Shown here: piece after piece, positions 58,114-64,000 of the stretch | Layout of the letters: each line of letters opens with the position of its first letter | Numbering within the stretch: the stretch's first letter is position 1 | Source of the DNA: Parcubacteria group bacterium | Lineage (GTDB): Bacteria; Patescibacteriota; Minisyncoccia; UBA6257; Colwellbacteraceae | DNA length: 64,000 nt | Assembly: GCA_041649615.1 (NCBI GenBank) | Contig: JBAZMT010000002.1 | Span: 10,017 to 74,016 of the forward strand | Reading direction: 5' to 3' | Position numbers and translations under genes: made by a program | Notes under the pieces: model-generated | Database searches by the model: none | Seen by the model: the letters and a program-made list of their open reading frames with translations, nothing else | What the model was told of the DNA's origin: nothing

Positions 58114-59403
58114 ATGAGATTTGAGGCGGCCGAACTTTTAACGACCGGACAATGCCCGTTGAGCTGCAAGTACTGTTACATTCCAAAGGTACCGGCGATG
58201 CAGGCGGTGCATGCCGATATCGTTAAAGGATTAGAAGACGGAACGTTTTTAGAAAATTTAAAAAAAATAGTGGGTGATAATCTGACCCACCTTAGTTTTT
58301 GGGGAACGGAACCGGCGCTCACTCTGCCTATTTTAAAAAACAAACTGGACGATATAGAAAGACTTTTTCCAAAGGCGAAAGAGATAGGTTTTTCGACTTC
58401 AATGGTGATGCCCGAGCCGATCATTGACTTTGCAAAGGAGCTTGAAAAAAGAGGACTGAAATTGAATTTGCAGGTTTCGCTCGACGGGCCGGAATTTATC
58501 GTGGACGAGAACCGGTTTCCCGGGGCGGCCAAGAAAATCCCCGAGGCGATACTTCACTTCGTGAAAGAAATGCAAGGGACGAACGTTTATATTGATTTGC
58601 ATTGGAAACCGACGCTCACGATTGAAAATATCCAAGCGATGACCGAAAAACCGGAGAAAATTGACGAATATATTAATTTTTTCCGTGATTTGGAGGCGGA
58701 AATAAAAAAAATAAATACGTCTTCAAACGTCATAATGAGGGAGGGAGGATATATTCCCACGCTTGCCGTACCGGGGAAATTTACATCGGCGGACGGAAAA
58801 TTATTTGCTAAATATTTAAGAACCCTACACAGCAAGGGTTACGAGAGCGCTTATTCGCATCGACTAACAAGAATAATAAACTATTCGGACGAATTAGGAC
58901 CAAAGAGAAGAATGTTTACCTGTTCGGGGGGAGATTCAAACGTGGGAGTAGGCGACAGTTTGCATATTTGCCACCGAACTTTTTACTTAAACGATCCGCG
59001 TTATGTGGGGGCGGTATTGGAAAAGGAAGGAATAGAGAATTGGGATGTTTCCATCTTTAACCAAGGACTCGTAGACCATTTGAGAGAGTGGTATATGCCT
59101 TCGGTTGACGATGAACTGAAACTCCAGAACTTTGATTATATTTTAAGAGGGTATCATGACTTCTGGGCGATTAAACTTTCTTCAATCGAGGTGATGACAA
59201 AGGAGCTTGCTCTCGCGGGGCAAGCCGACCCATTGTTTTTGGAAAACAAAGATTATATGAGTTTATTTACGCTTTTTATGGCAACCGCGCATTCGTGCCC
59301 GATGGAGGCGGTTTTAAACACGGGGACGCTTCAACTTACGCCCGTGTCGCTCATAAGAATGTTCGGGAACGGAGCCTTCAGGGAAATAATAAAAATCGTA
59401 TGA
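58114..59403 (+). CDS. Radical SAM enzyme 1 with truncated SPASM/twitch-like Cys motif
   Basis: CPLSCKYC, FWGTEPAL, QVSLDGP, CSGG...ICHR, HSCP; aggagg RBS. Confidence 0.92.
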   Translation: MRFEAAELLTTGQCPLSCKYCYIPKVPAMQAVHADIVKGLEDGTFLENLKKIVGDNLTHLSFWGTEPALTLPILKNKLDDIERLFPKAKEIGFSTSMVMPEPIIDFAKELEKRGLKLNLQVSLDGPEFIVDENRFPGAAKKIPEAILHFVKEMQGTNVYIDLHWKPTLTIENIQAMTEKPEKIDEYINFFRDLEAEIKKINTSSNVIMREGGYIPTLAVPGKFTSADGKLFAKYLRTLHSKGYESAYSHRLTRIINYSDELGPKRRMFTCSGGDSNVGVGDSLHICHRTFYLNDPRYVGAVLEKEGIENWDVSIFNQGLVDHLREWYMPSVDDELKLQNFDYILRGYHDFWAIKLSSIEVMTKELALAGQADPLFLENKDYMSLFTLFMATAHSCPMEAVLNTGTLQLTPVSLIRMFGNGAFREIIKIV

Positions 59404-60722
59404 CATACCAGGAAGAAAACAATCAGTTAGTAGAATCGTTCTTGAATCACAGCTTCTTCAAGGGATTTAAACATCCCGAGCTTAAAGAAAGCGAGAATTT
59501 TAAATCGTTAGAGCTTTTCTTTAACGACAAATGCAACTTAAAGTGTAAATACTGTTATCTGCAACGGTTTGGAGAAAAACTGTATCCGCACGAACATCAA
59601 GACGGGGAAACACTTCTTAAAAATTTAAAAATGCTTTTGGATTGGTTGAACGAGAAAGAATACGTGCCGGAACACATAGAAATATTCTCGGGAGAAGTAT
59701 TTATCCAAGACGCAGGTTGGAAGGCGATAAATATGATCCTTGACAACTATAAGGACAAAGAAAAAAAGCCGGAATACATAGTGGTGCCAACAAACTTTAC
59801 TTTTATACTCTCGTCTGACCTCACAAAAAAGGTAGAGGATTTACTTACTAAGGCCAAAGAAGTTGGTCTACCTATAGGACTTTCCTCATCATTTGACGGG
59901 AAATACTGCGAAGTAAACAGACCTTTTAAGAGCGGGAAAGAGATAAGGGACGACGCTTATTACGACAAAGTTTTTGAATTTTCCAAAAAATGGGGAACGG
60001 GGTTTCATCCGATGGTCTACTCGGAGCATATTGAAGACTGGCAGAAGAATTGGTTGTGGTTCCAAGAAAATTTTTCAAAGCATCGGCTGCCGTGGAAAAA
60101 TATCTATCTTTTAGAAGTTCGGAACGTGGAATGGACCGAAAGGCAGATGGCGGATTTGGGGAAGTTTGTGGAATTTTTGATCCATTGGACTTTTGACAAT
60201 CCTTGCCATGGAGACGTAGGCACGTATTTAGATTTTCTCTTTGATGGAGGATACAACATTTTAAGGAACCCTTTGACGACCATCGGGAGAGGAATCGGAT
60301 GTTCCATTCAATCAAATTTGGTTTTGAGACTCGGGGATCTGTCTCTTGTGCCGTGCCATAGAACGTCTTATTCGCCCTTTAACTTCGGCAAATTTAAGGT
60401 AGAAAACGGCAAAATAACGAGTTTTGAATCAAAGAACGTAGATATGATGGTCGCCATATATTCTTTTGACGCGAGTACCCAGCCTTATTGCGAACAGTGC
60501 CTTCTGAAGACTTTGTGTTCGTTCGGGTGTTTGGGAAGCCAATTAGAAGTTACCGGGGACCCGTTTACGCCTATTCCTTCCGTTTGCCAGATGGAGCACA
60601 TAAAAGTGGCTTCAATGATTAAGGCCTATAAAGAACTCGGCATGTTAGAGCCCGTACTTGCGAGAGTGGGTCAAGGGAAAGCAGACGTACTCCAAGAACT
60701 AGCGAAAATGCTCGGATACTGA
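59400..60722 (+). CDS. Radical SAM/SPASM enzyme 2
   Basis: CNLKCKYC, FSGE, SSFDG, GC...PCHR...CEQCLLKTLCSFGC...SVC; ATGA overlap with enzyme 1. Confidence 0.93.
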   Translation: MTYQEENNQLVESFLNHSFFKGFKHPELKESENFKSLELFFNDKCNLKCKYCYLQRFGEKLYPHEHQDGETLLKNLKMLLDWLNEKEYVPEHIEIFSGEVFIQDAGWKAINMILDNYKDKEKKPEYIVVPTNFTFILSSDLTKKVEDLLTKAKEVGLPIGLSSSFDGKYCEVNRPFKSGKEIRDDAYYDKVFEFSKKWGTGFHPMVYSEHIEDWQKNWLWFQENFSKHRLPWKNIYLLEVRNVEWTERQMADLGKFVEFLIHWTFDNPCHGDVGTYLDFLFDGGYNILRNPLTTIGRGIGCSIQSNLVLRLGDLSLVPCHRTSYSPFNFGKFKVENGKITSFESKNVDMMVAIYSFDASTQPYCEQCLLKTLCSFGCLGSQLEVTGDPFTPIPSVCQMEHIKVASMIKAYKELGMLEPVLARVGQGKADVLQELAKMLGY

Positions 60723-60724
60723 TT

Positions 60725-60753
60725 TTGACACGAATAAACCCGAGCCGTATCAT
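60725..60753 (+). promoter_or_regulatory. Putative sigma70 promoter
   Basis: TTGACA-17 nt-TATCAT. Confidence 0.55.
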
Positions 60754-60783
60754 TTAGCCATATAACACTCTGAAAAAAACAAA

Positions 60784-61353
60784 ATGGAAAACCAAATAAC
60801 TAACACTCTGCAAGCCAGCAAATCTCAAGTTGAGCGTATTTTAAATTACGAGGATGATCTAAAGCGCATATTCGCTTCCCAGCATGTCAGCAATATAAAA
60901 AGAACCCTCAATTTTATGACGGAACAACTTACAACCGTTATAAACGGGGGAAACGTTGTGCCGACTTCCGAAGAGATGAATATGGCAGCGGAAATGGCGC
61001 GCGTTTTTGCGAACATTGCGCTTGAGAAACCGATTGAGCCGATATTTCGAGACCTTTCGGCGAGTTATCTTTTGATCATTCACAACTGGAACGAGGCTAC
61101 GATCAAAAATCATAATATTTCCACAAACGTCAAAATGACGAACGGAATCGTGAAGGCGCAACTAACGCTTATGGATACGATAGACGTACTCCAAAAAACG
61201 CTTGAAAAAATAAGAAAAACTCACCTATATGAACCGCCGGCGTTTAATTTAAGTAGATCGTATCTGGATAACTTGAAGAAAGCCATTGAAGAAAAAGGCC
61301 CGGACGCCTTAGTCCCAAAAAAGCCGGATAATGTCTCAAACCAAGAAAGCTAA
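60784..61353 (+). CDS. Hypothetical helical protein
   Basis: Long ORF, no recognised motif. Confidence 0.7.
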   Translation: MENQITNTLQASKSQVERILNYEDDLKRIFASQHVSNIKRTLNFMTEQLTTVINGGNVVPTSEEMNMAAEMARVFANIALEKPIEPIFRDLSASYLLIIHNWNEATIKNHNISTNVKMTNGIVKAQLTLMDTIDVLQKTLEKIRKTHLYEPPAFNLSRSYLDNLKKAIEEKGPDALVPKKPDNVSNQES

Positions 61354-61690
61354 AAAAGACCCGAGAATAGATTCGTTCTCCAGAGCTCTTAATTTATCCA
61401 TTTTTGAAAATTTTTCGGCGCAGGTGAGAGGAAAAGTGGATACGATAAGTAAAAACGCGATTACCGTAAAGGAAGGGAAGGACAAAGTAAAACTTTTGTT
61501 TGACAAGGATTTTCCGCCCGCCGTTATAAAAATAACAATTGGCGGCAAGACCGGGAAAAAAGCCGAGGATATTACTCTTGCGGCCGTTAAGACGGGAAAG
61601 AAGGTGTCGGCCAACGTCGCGTTGCTTCCATCCGGAGAATGGAAGGCCTTTGGAATTGCCATGAGAGAGGAGGTAAAATCCTCAAAGTGA
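61331..61690 (+). CDS. Basic hypothetical protein, possible OB-fold
   Basis: VRGKVDTISKNAITVK...LAAVKTGKKVSA beta pattern; overlaps both neighbours. Confidence 0.6.
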   Translation: MSQTKKAKKDPRIDSFSRALNLSIFENFSAQVRGKVDTISKNAITVKEGKDKVKLLFDKDFPPAVIKITIGGKTGKKAEDITLAAVKTGKKVSANVALLPSGEWKAFGIAMREEVKSSK

Positions 61691-63264
61691 GAAGAACGGT
61701 TATTTTTGCGGGCGAGGCCGGACAAGGCATTGACCGGACGGCGGTTATTTTTGGGAAAATCGTCGCTTTATTAGGCTATTCGTGCTTCATATATCGCGAT
61801 TACTCATCGCTTATTCGCGGAGGGCATAATTTCAGCATTGTTACTTTTTCGCGAGATGTAGTTAGAAGTCACGATGAAAAGGCGGACGTACTCGTGGCGT
61901 TAGACGAAAAGTCCGTTTTGGGCCATGAGAAAGTGATTCGGAAAGAGGGAATGATTTTTGCGGCAAAGGACATAGATTTGAAAGAAGGTGATAAACACTT
62001 CGTGAATAATGTTCTGCTCGGGATGCTCTTAAAATATTTTTCAATTCCGAAAAGTTCAGGAGTCGGGATTTTAAGAAAGGAAATCGGCGAAAGCGCCATC
62101 AGGGCGTTTGAATATGGTTATTCTAAAGATGTTAAGGGGGTCAATTTGGAGGTTTTGAAAACCGGTGTTTCATTAGAACTTTCTGACGGAAACCATGCCG
62201 TTGCCAAAGCGGCTTTGGATTCGGGGCTGAAAATGGCTTTTTACTATCCGATGACTCCGGCGACAGGAGTATTTGCCGAACTGGAAAGGCAGAAGAGAGA
62301 AAAGAAAATATTAGTGGAGCAAATGGAAGATGAAATCGCAGCCGCGAACGCGATACTCGGGGCAAACTATGCGGGCGTACCAGCCATGACGGGGAGTTCG
62401 GGAGGAGGGATCGCGCTTATGAGCGAAGCGGTAAGCTTTGCCGGAATGGCCGAATTGCCGGCGGTATTTTACGCGGCCCAGAGAATGGGGCCTTCAACCG
62501 GCGTGCCGACTTATACGGCGCAAGGAGATTTGAAATTTGTATTGAATATGGCTCCCGGAGAATTTCCGCGTTTGGTTTTAATCCCGGGAGACGAGGAAGA
62601 CGCGTATAAAGCGACAAGAGAAGCGTTCTATTTCGCTAATAAGTACAGAATACCAGCGTTTGTAATTTCCGATAAACACATTGCCGAGAGCTATTCCACG
62701 CATAAAACGCTAAAAAGCACGCTTCCAAGGGCTGCGGTTTTATCCGAAAAAGCGAGCGATGGTTATCAAAGCTACGCTTTTACCAAAGACGGTATTTCAC
62801 CGGCCATAATACCCGGAGGAGGGCAAATTTTCCGCGCGGCAAGCTACGAGCATGACGAATTCGGCCACACGACAGAAGACCCGGTGATTATAAAAAAGAT
62901 GAACGATAAGAGGCTCCGCAAACTAGAAACTCTTAAAAAAGAACTCACAAAATTCTCTGGAATCTCGGTCTATGGAAAGGGAGAAAAAATAATCGTGTTT
63001 GCGGGTTCGCCAAAGGGAGCGATCCTTGACGCTTTGCCGATGCTTAAAGGATTCAAAGCGATTCAGATCAATAGGCTTGCGCCTTTTCCCGAAAATGAAT
63101 TGGCGAAAGCCTTAAAGGGCGAATTTTACACGGTTGAAAATAACGCGACTGGACAACTGAAAGACATAATAAGAGAAAATTGCGGAGTCAGCGCGAAAAA
63201 AAGTTTTTTGCGTTATGACGGCAGACCATTTACGCCGGACGACATAATCAAATTTTTTAAATGA
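61687..63264 (+). CDS. 2-oxoacid:ferredoxin oxidoreductase, alpha (gamma-alpha fused) subunit
   Basis: GEAGQG, YSSLIRGGHN, YPMTPA, QMEDEIAA, GPSTGVPT, VENNATGQ; GTG start with gaggagg RBS. Confidence 0.93.
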   Translation: MRRTVIFAGEAGQGIDRTAVIFGKIVALLGYSCFIYRDYSSLIRGGHNFSIVTFSRDVVRSHDEKADVLVALDEKSVLGHEKVIRKEGMIFAAKDIDLKEGDKHFVNNVLLGMLLKYFSIPKSSGVGILRKEIGESAIRAFEYGYSKDVKGVNLEVLKTGVSLELSDGNHAVAKAALDSGLKMAFYYPMTPATGVFAELERQKREKKILVEQMEDEIAAANAILGANYAGVPAMTGSSGGGIALMSEAVSFAGMAELPAVFYAAQRMGPSTGVPTYTAQGDLKFVLNMAPGEFPRLVLIPGDEEDAYKATREAFYFANKYRIPAFVISDKHIAESYSTHKTLKSTLPRAAVLSEKASDGYQSYAFTKDGISPAIIPGGGQIFRAASYEHDEFGHTTEDPVIIKKMNDKRLRKLETLKKELTKFSGISVYGKGEKIIVFAGSPKGAILDALPMLKGFKAIQINRLAPFPENELAKALKGEFYTVENNATGQLKDIIRENCGVSAKKSFLRYDGRPFTPDDIIKFFK

Positions 63265-63977
63265 AAAAAGAACCGCAAAACATAAATACAACAGAGAAAA
63301 ATACATGGTGCCCGGGGTGCCTTAATTTCGTAACGCTTGCGACGTTAAAGAAAACGTTAAGAAAACTCCACGACGAGAATAAAATAGATCTGAATAAAAC
63401 GGTTCTTGTTACGGATATCGGGTGCGGAGCGAAGATCTACGATTACATAAACGTCTCTGCCGTTTACGCTTTGCACGGACGAGTGTTGCCGGTGGCGACG
63501 GGAATAAAAGCGGCAAGACCGGAGCTTACGGTAATCGGATTCGGAGGAGACGGAGGAACGTACAACGAGGGAATGAATCACTTGATACATTCGGCAAGAA
63601 GAAACGTGGGAGTAACGATGATCGTTGCGAACAACAGGGTATTTGCCCTTACCAAGGGGCAACCGACGGCGACAAACGAAACGAGTTTCGGGATACCGAT
63701 CGATGCCATAAGACTTTCGCAGGATGCGGGAGCGACGTTTACGATTCGCGCTTCGGCGCTTGCGCCTGATTTTTTAGAAAAAGCTCTGGAAAAGGCAATA
63801 ACGCACAAAGGTTTTTCGCTTTTAGAAATAATCCAGCCATGCCTAATATTTAAAAATGACGTGGATGAGATCCGTAAAGAAACGGAAAAGCTAAAAAAAG
63901 CGGGGATACCGGAGGGAAAGAAGAGGATAACATGGGAGGAGGCAATAAGAGGACATATTGCATCAAAGAGAGACTGA
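63261..63977 (+). CDS. 2-oxoacid:ferredoxin oxidoreductase, beta subunit
   Basis: WCPGC, IGC, LHGR, GGDGG TPP motif, NN..FALTKGQ, IQPC. Confidence 0.93.
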   Translation: MKKEPQNINTTEKNTWCPGCLNFVTLATLKKTLRKLHDENKIDLNKTVLVTDIGCGAKIYDYINVSAVYALHGRVLPVATGIKAARPELTVIGFGGDGGTYNEGMNHLIHSARRNVGVTMIVANNRVFALTKGQPTATNETSFGIPIDAIRLSQDAGATFTIRASALAPDFLEKALEKAITHKGFSLLEIIQPCLIFKNDVDEIRKETEKLKKAGIPEGKKRITWEEAIRGHIASKRD

Positions 63978-64000
63978 ACTAAAATTAATTAATAAATGGC

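Noticed and set aside
59295-59399. Upstream extension of rSAM-2
   Set aside because: It overlaps the rSAM-1 coding region; ATG 59400 in an ATGA overlap is the more plausible start.
1-64000. Alternative genetic code (UGA read-through as in Gracilibacteria/Absconditabacteria)
   Set aside because: Conserved genes are full length under code 11, and TGA is used as a stop in ATGA/GTGA overlaps.

Overview
Bacterial chromosomal segment with gene content and style typical of Patescibacteria/CPR, Parcubacteria-like (inference: short InfB, ValRS lacking the C-terminal coiled coil, IleRS with an inserted histidine-phosphatase domain, many ORFans). Most of it is housekeeping: argS, dus, glyA, folD, recA, ftsK, ileS, trpS, rnj, secG, gpmI, rny, HU, infB, rbfA, murF, ddl, valS, tsaD, iscS/iscU. 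It carries 14 tRNA genes. The tRNA-Phe(GAA) is split by a 217-nt group I intron and sits next to a free-standing HNH gene. Several tRNAs carry downstream inverted copies of their own T-arm/3' end. The most striking region is about 53.0-64.0 kb, a co-oriented locus. It encodes a cupredoxin-like protein, a fibre-like secreted protein, TatC, TatA, a small twin-arginine protein, a Zn-finger protein, three paralogous MAF(T/E)W-leader proteins with His/Asn/Tyr/Trp-rich tetrapeptide repeats, two radical SAM enzymes (one with a full SPASM domain), two hypotheticals and a 2-oxoacid:ferredoxin oxidoreductase, with iscS-iscU just upstream. I read it as a candidate undescribed radical-SAM-modified, Tat-exported repeat-protein/fibre system. 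All calls come from reading motifs by eye; no database searches were run.
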